Below, piece after piece: positions 1 to 9,741 of a stretch of DNA of 64,000 nucleotides. How positions within the stretch are numbered: the first letter of the stretch is position 1; the number at the start of each line of letters is the position of its first letter. This DNA comes from a virus. Lineage: Duplodnaviria; Heunggongvirae; Uroviricota; Caudoviricetes. The stretch lies in the IMG/VR virus record IMGVR_UViG_3300028833_000001, positions 287,171 through 351,170 of that record, one strand, 5' to 3'. The notes beneath the pieces are model-generated. The model did no database searches. It was not told the DNA's origin and saw only the letters and a list, made by a program, of their open reading frames with translations. The translations under genes and the position numbers were made by a program.

Positions 1-1207
1 TTCGATTAAAAATTTATTACTACCTACAAGCACGAATGATAATTCTCTTGTTGTTGAAACCGTTGACGTGCATGAATTTTTAGAGTGTTTAGTTCGTAAT
101 GGATTAACATATAAGGGCTTTTATTCTGGAAAATCATTTATAAGTGGTGCGTTCAAGTATATGCCGTACAGTGAAATTGTAGCTAAAAATGGTGAAATAA
201 GAAAGAAAGCAAAACCAAATATGTCACTTTTTTATCTTGGCGAGAATTATGATATGGCTGGCATCGGGCCACAATCAACTTCAACTAGTATATTTGAGTT
301 TTCAGAGGTAAATGCGTTTCCAGATTACAATAGGCATTACGAGTTCATCGAGGGTTTCCCATTGCATAAAAGTGGAAGCACGTATTTAGCGTATTCTGCC
401 ACAACTGGTAGTTTATATGAAAATGCTTCGTTATATGAAGATGTCGCAGAAAAAAGGTCATTGCAATTATCACCGAATTTTTATGATGAAATTAACTACG
501 CAATAGATTCTGCGTCAACACATCTTAGATTTGTAGGCGTTGGAGCAAGCGATTATGATGTTGAATATTATTATTGTGATAGGAGTGATGAAGATTTGCA
601 AAGATTAATGATAACTGGATATTTACCGCTTGACCGTAAATATGTATATGCCGTTAGAGATGAGTATGATAATTTTAGGGAATTTTATATGTTGTGTAAA
701 TATACATCAAAGAACCCGACAGCGTTAATCGGGGCGGAGTTTTCGATAAAAGTTTCTAAAGTTGCATTTAAGAAGTGGTATATGGCAAATGTTCCAGTGT
801 TTACAGTTACTGAGGATGAATTAGGAGAGAGTTCTTATACACCAACATTTGTTGAATGCTTATACGAGAAAGGTAGCGACTACGATGTCACTGATATGCC
901 AACAATGGCCACTATAATTGAATATCACACAAGTGGTCATGTTAAATGTGTACATAATGTATCACCAAAAGTAGAGAATATTATAGAGCCTGGAAAACAA
1001 ACTGACTTGAATTCTTTTACGTCAACATTATTACCAAAATTAACTAATGATAAAAAAATAACGCTAAATACAACGTTAGAAAATACTGGAATAAATCCAG
1101 ACGATATTTTTATTGTTGGTATAGCAAGATATAATAGTGATATGTTGGCTAGCGGAAATGTATGCAAGATTTATTCTACATTAAGACAGATAGCATATAT
1201 TGAATAA
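1..1207 (+). CDS. hypothetical (probable virion structural) protein, 5'-partial
   Basis: The frame of ORF 68..1207 is open back to the window edge (tcg att aaa ...). It is co-directional with the structural block. Confidence 0.7.
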   Translation, partial: SIKNLLLPTSTNDNSLVVETVDVHEFLECLVRNGLTYKGFYSGKSFISGAFKYMPYSEIVAKNGEIRKKAKPNMSLFYLGENYDMAGIGPQSTSTSIFEFSEVNAFPDYNRHYEFIEGFPLHKSGSTYLAYSATTGSLYENASLYEDVAEKRSLQLSPNFYDEINYAIDSASTHLRFVGVGASDYDVEYYYCDRSDEDLQRLMITGYLPLDRKYVYAVRDEYDNFREFYMLCKYTSKNPTALIGAEFSIKVSKVAFKKWYMANVPVFTVTEDELGESSYTPTFVECLYEKGSDYDVTDMPTMATIIEYHTSGHVKCVHNVSPKVENIIEPGKQTDLNSFTSTLLPKLTNDKKITLNTTLENTGINPDDIFIVGIARYNSDMLASGNVCKIYSTLRQIAYIE

Positions 1208-1230
1208 ATAAACTAACACAAGGGTTATAC

Positions 1231-3942
1231 ATGGAAAGAAAGATTTTTTTGGAGAAGAACAACAGCGTTAATTCGATTAATCGTGAATCGAGAATGTCTA
1301 TAGGATTGTCTGTTAATGAGAAATTGTTAAAAGGTAATAATGTAGACACAGAATTTTCTTTGTTTGAAGAGTATAACGCTGAAAGGGATTCGTGCGACAA
1401 ATATCGTTTCTTGCTGAAAATAAATCCGATATGCACGAATGTTCTGTTTAACACTCAAACAGAGGTTGTTTATCTTGAGGGCTCTGATAGTGCTACTGTT
1501 ATATCTGACCAATCAACTATTTCGCCAAACACAATTAATGGTGGGCAAAATAACATACAAAATTCAACTGTCATAAACAGAAAACAAGCTATACGAGATA
1601 CTGAATATTCTCATAATAGCAATGGCGATTTTTCTTATCATTGCGGTGTTGATATGTTCAATAACCATCAAATACGTAATATAGGTTTTTCGCATGTTAA
1701 CCAAATTAGTACTTCAATGTCCAATCAGGATTATGCAATGCAAAAGGGTGTTTATAACACCATTAAAGATTTTATGAGAGACGGAAGCGGTATGCCTATT
1801 ACTGGGGATGTCAATCCAAGGTACAACAGTAATAGTTATAACACTAAATTACATTTATACACTACTGATAACATAAGAACGATGAAAAGAGCTTATGTTG
1901 AAGAAATTTCTGAACAAAATGGGTGGATAGGTTTTTTTAATAAAAGCAATATTGACATTAAGAACAATGAAGAGGATACAGCGAGGATTAATTGTGTTAT
2001 AAACAACAAAAAACCGTGCGAATATATTGATTTGTATCCAGATAGAAGTCTATTTTCATTTGTTCCAAAGTATAACAAATATAGGAAAAGGGACGAAAAA
2101 AATTGGGATTATTGTATAACATACCCATTTTTAAAGGATTACGATTTAGTTGATACTATTTGTTGCGGTAGAACTCAAGCCATTAGATGTTCAGTTAAAG
2201 AAACGGTAACGCCAACTGGAAATGCCGTTATAGAATGTTCATCGTTATTTAAACATACCTTAAAAGAAGGAAGTGTAATAAACGTGTATTATTATGAGGT
2301 GGGTATGCACAATACACTGACGTTCAAAAAGTATCCTGGTAAAGTAACTGTATATTATGTTGGTGATGTTAACGGTTTAAACAATGATAATGTATTCAAT
2401 ATTAGATACGATGAAATTAGCGACATACTAGACAACATAATAAATTATGGACTTTATTATAAAAAAGTTGAAAACGGTGAAGAATGTGAATACTACTTTA
2501 GAAAATATAAGAAATTATTTGGTGTTAATAATAGCGGGAATAGAACAAAAGAACTCAAAAGCAATGTCGGGGCAGTGGCTTTTGGGCAGACAATTTACGG
2601 AGATGCAACAGCCCAAGTAACGTTTATTGATGATATTGACGTTTCTGGGTTAGTTGACCATCATGGAAGGCCGTTGTCTGAAGTGTATTTTACTGTCATT
2701 AAAAGAAATGCTGGGCACAATTTATGGTATTATCAAGACAATACATCGTCATCAGCCATCGAATTTTCGCATTGTTTCGGAAAAGTAACCAGCGGAGTTA
2801 AACTATATGGTGATAATAAAATTAATTTTGATTACAATATTAATAAATTGCATAATATTAATTCAAAGGTAAATATCCATCCGATTCCGTATAACCACGT
2901 TTATGACGTTCTTGGAGATGCAGTATTGTCTGGCACGCCAAAAGTTATTGAAAATAATATAACAAATTTAGATTCAATATTTTACGGGAATTTAGTTGAA
3001 TTTAATAAATCTGAGTATGAAGAGACTGAGTTAACTCCAGTTTTTCACAGATTTAATACTGAGCAGCGCGAATATTGTAAAGACAATAAATACGCTGAGA
3101 TATTTCATGATGAAATTAGGTTTGACGATTATGATTTTAAGAATTCTAATAATACTCAGTTTGAAGTAAATGAGCTTGATTATTCTAATATTTCAATTAG
3201 CGGAACAAATATTAAAGTATTCGGAAATTTACGGCCAGAGGGTTATTTTTATAACCCGCACACAAAAATCGCAATAAAAAAAGAAAGCGAAATAGTAAAA
3301 ACAGCAAAAGCCAAATATTTGAATTTTATTTCAATATCTGGAGCGTTTTACACAGTAAAAAACTGTACCATAGTATCTATTGAAGTGCCAACTGGTTATC
3401 AAATTTTGCGTGGAGAGCATATTGCCGTGTATGATAGAGGTGATGGGATAAATATACATGATATTAAATGGGGTGAAGTATGCAAGGTAAACGGTAATTT
3501 ACTTGAAATAGAATTTCAAGGAAGCCCATTTGGGTCGTTTCCAGTACAATATGGCGGAGTATACGATATAACATACATATTGCAAGAAGAAAGTGATGGG
3601 GTTAGGAGATTTTATATGTTCTACTCGAATGATGGTGTTCCTAATTATGCCACATTTGTTAAATCAAATTTAACATTTGTTTGGAGGGGATTAGATTTGA
3701 TGTCTGAATGCAATTATGGAGATGAATTATATAACATACCATTTGCCAATGGCAGATTGTATGTTGAGAAAAACATTAATTTTTTTGTCAAAAGACAAGA
3801 CCCTAACGGAAAATTCGGCTTATTATATGGGCTAAATGCAACTTATAACAACCCAGTGAATTTATTTAGTTTACCAGGGACAGAATTTGATATGTCACAA
3901 GCAGAAGAATTTTACAATAATTTAAATAATGTTTGCTATTAA
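1231..3942 (+). CDS. large hypothetical, probable baseplate/tail structural protein
   Basis: 903-aa ORF in a tightly packed + strand operon. No recognised catalytic motif. Confidence 0.6.
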   Translation: MERKIFLEKNNSVNSINRESRMSIGLSVNEKLLKGNNVDTEFSLFEEYNAERDSCDKYRFLLKINPICTNVLFNTQTEVVYLEGSDSATVISDQSTISPNTINGGQNNIQNSTVINRKQAIRDTEYSHNSNGDFSYHCGVDMFNNHQIRNIGFSHVNQISTSMSNQDYAMQKGVYNTIKDFMRDGSGMPITGDVNPRYNSNSYNTKLHLYTTDNIRTMKRAYVEEISEQNGWIGFFNKSNIDIKNNEEDTARINCVINNKKPCEYIDLYPDRSLFSFVPKYNKYRKRDEKNWDYCITYPFLKDYDLVDTICCGRTQAIRCSVKETVTPTGNAVIECSSLFKHTLKEGSVINVYYYEVGMHNTLTFKKYPGKVTVYYVGDVNGLNNDNVFNIRYDEISDILDNIINYGLYYKKVENGEECEYYFRKYKKLFGVNNSGNRTKELKSNVGAVAFGQTIYGDATAQVTFIDDIDVSGLVDHHGRPLSEVYFTVIKRNAGHNLWYYQDNTSSSAIEFSHCFGKVTSGVKLYGDNKINFDYNINKLHNINSKVNIHPIPYNHVYDVLGDAVLSGTPKVIENNITNLDSIFYGNLVEFNKSEYEETELTPVFHRFNTEQREYCKDNKYAEIFHDEIRFDDYDFKNSNNTQFEVNELDYSNISISGTNIKVFGNLRPEGYFYNPHTKIAIKKESEIVKTAKAKYLNFISISGAFYTVKNCTIVSIEVPTGYQILRGEHIAVYDRGDGINIHDIKWGEVCKVNGNLLEIEFQGSPFGSFPVQYGGVYDITYILQEESDGVRRFYMFYSNDGVPNYATFVKSNLTFVWRGLDLMSECNYGDELYNIPFANGRLYVEKNINFFVKRQDPNGKFGLLYGLNATYNNPVNLFSLPGTEFDMSQAEEFYNNLNNVCY

Positions 3943-6335
3943 TGGAACACATTAAAATTAATCTTGTAAATCCAGTTTATGGCGTTCGTGAAATGCCAAT
4001 ACATTGTTTTTTTATTGAAAACAATATGTTAAAGATAGTTTTTGTTGACGATGAAAACCATAAAATGAATATTGGACAGCATTTAACGTTTGTGCGGTAT
4101 ATTTACGACGATAACGACATATCTACATCTATTCAAGATAATATAGAAGTAATTTCGTTTGATAAATACTATGATAATGGTGTTGAGTACGATTGCGTCT
4201 ATACAACAATACCGCAAAAACGTCGTTTATCGCTAGATAGGACTACGACAGAAAATGTTGTATATTGGGATAAAATTGATAACAGGTATGTTGTTGTTGA
4301 TAATCCGACATTAGGATTTTATGATTATGTTTTCGATGAAAATAATGTTACTGGAATTGATTTATCGTCATTAACAAACGAAGAAATCGATTCTCTTCCA
4401 GAGCATTTATACACAATTGAGGAAAGTATTTACGGTATTAGAAAATTCAAAACGCTGTTCCCAGCTGGAACAATACCAAGTTCAGATATACTGACTTCTA
4501 TTATTATAGAAGCTATGACTAATGAAGGCATAGAAATTCCAGAAGAATATTTAGGAGATAATATATATGATTATATCGATGAGGGCCTTGGTGGCGATAA
4601 TTATGATGGAATGGATTCTACTTTGGACCATTTATACGATATAGGCGCATTTGACATTGATAGATATGACGAATATTTCGTTTTAACGTTTAATGAAAAA
4701 CATGATATCTATCAACAAGATATCGATTTACTGGCCAGCAGCCAAATGACTGGAGAATATTATATTAATGTGTACGATTCAGAAATGAGTAAAATTGGTT
4801 ATTTTCTTGCATTGCATATTCCTTACGTCGATAATTTGCTTCCAGTAGATAAAAAAACGACTTTAACTGAATGGGTTGAACAAACATGCGGTATGTTTGA
4901 TATGGATGGAAATCCATACGATATTACGTATCATAAATATGTTTTTGCCCCAAACAGATTTAGCAAAAAAAGTATTATAGTTAGAAAAGCTGAAACTGGA
5001 TATGTCAGTGAATCACCTATAGATACACCACAAACACTTAATATAAAAAAAATAGAATATCTTTTAGAGCATGGTTTCTGGTTTGAGCCAGCATATACAC
5101 CGTTTTTTTATACAACAACAATTAATAACTCAGAATGGTGCACAATGTGGGACGATATATGGTGGGATTATTATGAAAACAACAACGGAGCTATCCCACA
5201 AAAAAACATTTGGTTTAACAGTGGTAATACACATGTGGCTCTTACAATAGATAATAGTTATTGGAATGTTCCGACATTATTTTCATCTAATGATGAATTT
5301 ACGTCGCTTAATACCGACGAAGACGGTGTTTATAATTTCATTGAAAATACGATATCAAACTCATTACCAAAAGCTATTGATTTTGAAAGAGTTAAATATT
5401 TTCCAGTCATTTTTAATGAAACGCCATCTGGAAACTACACTAAAGCAAGTGAAATAATATATAGGCTACATTTCAGACAGAGAGTCAAAAAAAATGGGCA
5501 AGAAGTGTCTAATATTCCAGAAGAATATAGGCCATATGAAGATGGTTGGTATGTTAATCAAGAATCAGGAAGTACTGTGTGGTGGAATGAAATGCAATAC
5601 TCTTTAACAAAACTAACCAATTCAGAAATGACGGCTTTTGTTTTATCGCAAAACAAAAAATCCGATATGTTGGGGTATCTTAATTTTAATGATGATGATG
5701 TGTTTTTTAGCAAAACTAAACTAACAAAATCTTTTGTTAGATTTTCATTCTACACATCAAAAGACCCTATAGAGCAAAAACTTCTTTATTATTCTACTTC
5801 GTTTTTTGATATTCATGAATTAAGGCAAAAATATATTAAACTTTTGATAAAAAACGGTAGAAAACCAGAAAAAAATGAGCGACCGTTTGTGCTAACTGAT
5901 GATAATGAAAATAGACTTGACAGTACAATAAAATTAACTGATGAACATAATTCAGATAAGTCCAGCGATGGTTTCAATATATACCTATTTTTAGAAGATG
6001 CTCCAATAGAAAATAGTGAAAAAACTATTTATATGAAAGTTGAATTTAACCATGCTGGGAACGGAAAAACTATACCAATGATATTATGGCCTAAAAACAA
6101 TAACGGAAATTATGTCAGTCTTACAACGTCTAATTTTCTTAGTAGTCTTTACATTCCAATTATAATTAAATACATTAATGGAGAATATGTGTATGAAATA
6201 GTTGGTTCACAAGTAAATGGCGATATAATTGAGGTTAGTTTATTTGAGCCAAAACTTGATATAGAAGGTGACGATTTCGTACCAACAACTGGTAATACAG
6301 ATTCAACGAGTGATACACAAACACAAAACACATAA
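3933..6335 (+). CDS. large hypothetical, probable structural protein
   Basis: 800-aa acidic ORF overlapping the previous stop codon. Confidence 0.6.
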   Translation: MLLMEHIKINLVNPVYGVREMPIHCFFIENNMLKIVFVDDENHKMNIGQHLTFVRYIYDDNDISTSIQDNIEVISFDKYYDNGVEYDCVYTTIPQKRRLSLDRTTTENVVYWDKIDNRYVVVDNPTLGFYDYVFDENNVTGIDLSSLTNEEIDSLPEHLYTIEESIYGIRKFKTLFPAGTIPSSDILTSIIIEAMTNEGIEIPEEYLGDNIYDYIDEGLGGDNYDGMDSTLDHLYDIGAFDIDRYDEYFVLTFNEKHDIYQQDIDLLASSQMTGEYYINVYDSEMSKIGYFLALHIPYVDNLLPVDKKTTLTEWVEQTCGMFDMDGNPYDITYHKYVFAPNRFSKKSIIVRKAETGYVSESPIDTPQTLNIKKIEYLLEHGFWFEPAYTPFFYTTTINNSEWCTMWDDIWWDYYENNNGAIPQKNIWFNSGNTHVALTIDNSYWNVPTLFSSNDEFTSLNTDEDGVYNFIENTISNSLPKAIDFERVKYFPVIFNETPSGNYTKASEIIYRLHFRQRVKKNGQEVSNIPEEYRPYEDGWYVNQESGSTVWWNEMQYSLTKLTNSEMTAFVLSQNKKSDMLGYLNFNDDDVFFSKTKLTKSFVRFSFYTSKDPIEQKLLYYSTSFFDIHELRQKYIKLLIKNGRKPEKNERPFVLTDDNENRLDSTIKLTDEHNSDKSSDGFNIYLFLEDAPIENSEKTIYMKVEFNHAGNGKTIPMILWPKNNNGNYVSLTTSNFLSSLYIPIIIKYINGEYVYEIVGSQVNGDIIEVSLFEPKLDIEGDDFVPTTGNTDSTSDTQTQNT

Positions 6336-6362
6336 ATAATAATATGATAGTTAATACTATAA

Positions 6363-8849
6363 ATGGATATTATACGTAAACAAGTAAGTGTTGATAGAGG
6401 CATTTCCCACACACCTGGGCTAATTCCGTATTATCCATATAATGATATAAATTCAAGCATTAGATTCGTTACTGGAATCGATGTTGATGGCAATTATAAT
6501 GAATATGTATGTGATTTTGGGAAGGTGGCCAGTTGTGTGTGTGGCGTAACAGAAACACTATCGTATTATAAAGAAGAAATCTGCACATCTGGCATTTCAG
6601 AGTCTGATAATTCTATAGAGGCTAGATTTAGGTATTGTGATGCCATACATCATTACCTGAAAATTTCGGAATCTCTTAGAACTGGTGTTTTCGGAAAGGT
6701 TGTTAAACATACAGAAACTACTGTTGTTAATGTAAATTGTTCAACTTCTGACCATAATTGTTCTGAAGGCCCAATAGAAGAAACAAATTCTGAAGACTAT
6801 TATGATATAGTGACTTGTTTTCATGAAACACCATCAAAATTTGAATTTAAACCGTTAGATTGTGACTTGTTTTCGCGTATTGACCAAAATATATATAGAT
6901 TAACTTATCCAGAAATAGACCCAGACGAACCACAAACAAGTGACGAGCCAGTTCAAATAGATATGAATATGGTTTTAAAAAGACAGGAAGCCGTCGAGTC
7001 GCTTGTAGAAGGGAATTTCGTTGTTTTAATTTCAAATTATGACGAAATTATTGGTTACGAAAACGAATGGAAGTCTTGGTGGGAAAAGTGGTTTGGAGAA
7101 GGATGGGAAACAATAGCATATGGTGAGTCATATGTTCAACCCAATGAGCCGTCTTTTTTCCCTTTTTGTCAGAATTTTGAAAAATATTTTTTAGGAAAAA
7201 ATTATGTACCAAATGAATTTGCTGAAAGCGCTATAACTGGGATTTACGTTCCAGAATATGTATATAATGCCGATTTATATAATTATATAACTTGGTTTGA
7301 AGAACGTAATATCGAAAGGGATGATGAACTGCAAAAAGATTGGGATAAACATGGCGGGGATGTTTTTTTTGAATATTTAAAGACACTGTCAACACGGTGG
7401 ATAACAGGAAACACAGAGCATGATTTTTCGATACAAGAGCCACAAACAAGGTTTAAATTTTTAACGCCATATGTTAGTGTTCCTATAGTATTGACGCAGT
7501 CAAATGACGTTGCCTGGAATTATGAAAGTTATTTAGATTCAAGTAGACCGTTTTTGCCAGAAGGGGAGTTTAGCGGATATTCGATTTTTAACAGTGGGCA
7601 TTTTGTTACGTTGTCTGATTCTGGCTATGTAGAATCAAAATTATCATTTGTAGCCGACAAAAAAGCAACATTTGTTGACGGTATTTTTGGCGTGTGGGAT
7701 GAAATGAGTATCAGTAATAGCAGTTCGAAAATTTTTGCTGGAACATATCATACAGGCAACAGTGCAACCATAGGTGTATCTGTTATTCGGAAAATTTATC
7801 ATAGTGGCGGTACTGTTGATATTATTCAATTACAAGAGCAAAATGTTTTAGAAGAAGCCCCAACCGTACAACCATCAACTTCAATGGTGCTATTGGTTAA
7901 TAAATTTTTGGATGCTACAGATGGTGCCAACACGCAAAATACAACACAAATAACAAGTGGCCCAGAAATTAATGGTGATATTGTTCTAATTGAAGAAATT
8001 ACAGCAACAACGAACTACAAATATGGCTGGTGGGAATTTCAAGAAACTGATGCTAATGTGTCTTGTGGAGATGGTGAAATAATACATCCTAACGACGAAA
8101 AGTATCAAACAGTCCAAACGATATCAAACGTTAAGACGATAGTTAAAAACCCACAAGAAAATGATTTGTATTACTTTTATGTTCAATATAACAACGGTGT
8201 TGTATGTACTGGAGGTACACAAGTAAAGGTGGACTCTAAAAATACAACAAAAAATTTCATGTTGCCATATAAAAGTGATACATATTTTGACATGGAATAT
8301 ATAACAACGGATAATAACGGTGATTTGTATGTTGGTAACTATATACCTCCATCTGGTGTGACAATTGAAAGCGGTTTTTGTACTATAAATTATGTCATTG
8401 GTGGTAGGGCATATTATAATTCACAAACATCAGCATACACACCAGTGACTTATAGCGGAATACATTATTCCGAGAGTTATCCATATATAACTGGGTATAA
8501 GTTAATTACGCTTGACGGTTATAAAAATCTTGATTTTTATTACGAAACACTTCAATATGATGCAAACATAGAAACTGCAATATACGAAGAGTATAAAAAA
8601 GAAAGAAAAGTAATTAGAGCAAAGCTTGTTGGGATGGAAGTCGGTACAACGTGGACCAGCGGAAATTCAATAATAGCGCCTATATTCACTGACGAATTTA
8701 CATCAACACAACAATATGACAATAAAAGCATAATGGATATTTCAATAGATAGAGGAGTTGCGGCTGCATTTGAAACTAATTATAAGTTAGGTGAATGTAA
8801 CACACTTGAAGATATTGAAAATTATTCAAACAACTTTTTTAAAATTTAA
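6363..8849 (+). CDS. large hypothetical, probable structural protein
   Basis: 828-aa ORF in the operon. Confidence 0.6.
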   Translation: MDIIRKQVSVDRGISHTPGLIPYYPYNDINSSIRFVTGIDVDGNYNEYVCDFGKVASCVCGVTETLSYYKEEICTSGISESDNSIEARFRYCDAIHHYLKISESLRTGVFGKVVKHTETTVVNVNCSTSDHNCSEGPIEETNSEDYYDIVTCFHETPSKFEFKPLDCDLFSRIDQNIYRLTYPEIDPDEPQTSDEPVQIDMNMVLKRQEAVESLVEGNFVVLISNYDEIIGYENEWKSWWEKWFGEGWETIAYGESYVQPNEPSFFPFCQNFEKYFLGKNYVPNEFAESAITGIYVPEYVYNADLYNYITWFEERNIERDDELQKDWDKHGGDVFFEYLKTLSTRWITGNTEHDFSIQEPQTRFKFLTPYVSVPIVLTQSNDVAWNYESYLDSSRPFLPEGEFSGYSIFNSGHFVTLSDSGYVESKLSFVADKKATFVDGIFGVWDEMSISNSSSKIFAGTYHTGNSATIGVSVIRKIYHSGGTVDIIQLQEQNVLEEAPTVQPSTSMVLLVNKFLDATDGANTQNTTQITSGPEINGDIVLIEEITATTNYKYGWWEFQETDANVSCGDGEIIHPNDEKYQTVQTISNVKTIVKNPQENDLYYFYVQYNNGVVCTGGTQVKVDSKNTTKNFMLPYKSDTYFDMEYITTDNNGDLYVGNYIPPSGVTIESGFCTINYVIGGRAYYNSQTSAYTPVTYSGIHYSESYPYITGYKLITLDGYKNLDFYYETLQYDANIETAIYEEYKKERKVIRAKLVGMEVGTTWTSGNSIIAPIFTDEFTSTQQYDNKSIMDISIDRGVAAAFETNYKLGECNTLEDIENYSNNFFKI

Positions 8850-8877
8850 TGAAAATAAATAAAAATTATAACGTAAT

Positions 8878-9741
8878 ATGAGTAGCGGAATATTTGGAAC
8901 AGTAAAACCTGCAAATATAACACCACATTTAGATGTGGAAATTCTTTATTATTATAGGCCGACGAGAAGCAGAACTGACGCAAGTTTTGACGGATATAAG
9001 GCCCTTGACCCATCTGAATGCCTGAAAAAATCAGTAATCACAGAGTCGCATGACGCAGTTGAGGGGCTGTTCGAATTGAGATTGCCGCTTGACAAATTCA
9101 ATATGAAAGGCTTTTATACCGTTTACATAAGGCCAAAAGAATGCCAGGCAAAAATTATAGATGTAAGTGTATTGGCTAGTTATCCAGACATAAAAGGTGT
9201 TGTTTTTAATATATCAAATGGCCCACTTGCTGGTATAAATGATTTAACTGGCTATAGAATGGAATTTGAAGATGGGACAACAAGAATTATTAAATCATGT
9301 AATAGATGCGAGCCAGTGTCAGTGAATAACGGAGACGGTTACCCTAACGTTACTCGTTACATTTTGGTTGATACATCTAGCGATTATGTATTTTGTACTG
9401 TAAGCCCGTCAACAGCCCCGACGTTTAAGCCAAACGCATTGCCTTATATAGGTACACCAGGTGAGACCGTCAAAATTATGAACACTAAATTTACGCCGCA
9501 ATTAATTGAGTTCGAAATGGTTGACCATGATGCTGATACTATTTCTTATATGCTTGAAGGTGAACAGGTTAGAGATAGAGATAATGGTATTTTGACAACA
9601 TATAACACAGATAATGAAATTTATCGCCAATTTGATTTCTATTCTATTAAGAGTACTCTTGGTGAACCTCTTTATGATGTTAAAAAACGTAGAAATGATA
9701 TTGACGGAACACAATCATATGAAAATATAATGAACAAGTAA
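8878..9741 (+). CDS. hypothetical, probable baseplate component
   Basis: 287-aa ORF coupled to the next gene by a TAATG stop/start overlap. Confidence 0.55.
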   Translation: MSSGIFGTVKPANITPHLDVEILYYYRPTRSRTDASFDGYKALDPSECLKKSVITESHDAVEGLFELRLPLDKFNMKGFYTVYIRPKECQAKIIDVSVLASYPDIKGVVFNISNGPLAGINDLTGYRMEFEDGTTRIIKSCNRCEPVSVNNGDGYPNVTRYILVDTSSDYVFCTVSPSTAPTFKPNALPYIGTPGETVKIMNTKFTPQLIEFEMVDHDADTISYMLEGEQVRDRDNGILTTYNTDNEIYRQFDFYSIKSTLGEPLYDVKKRRNDIDGTQSYENIMNK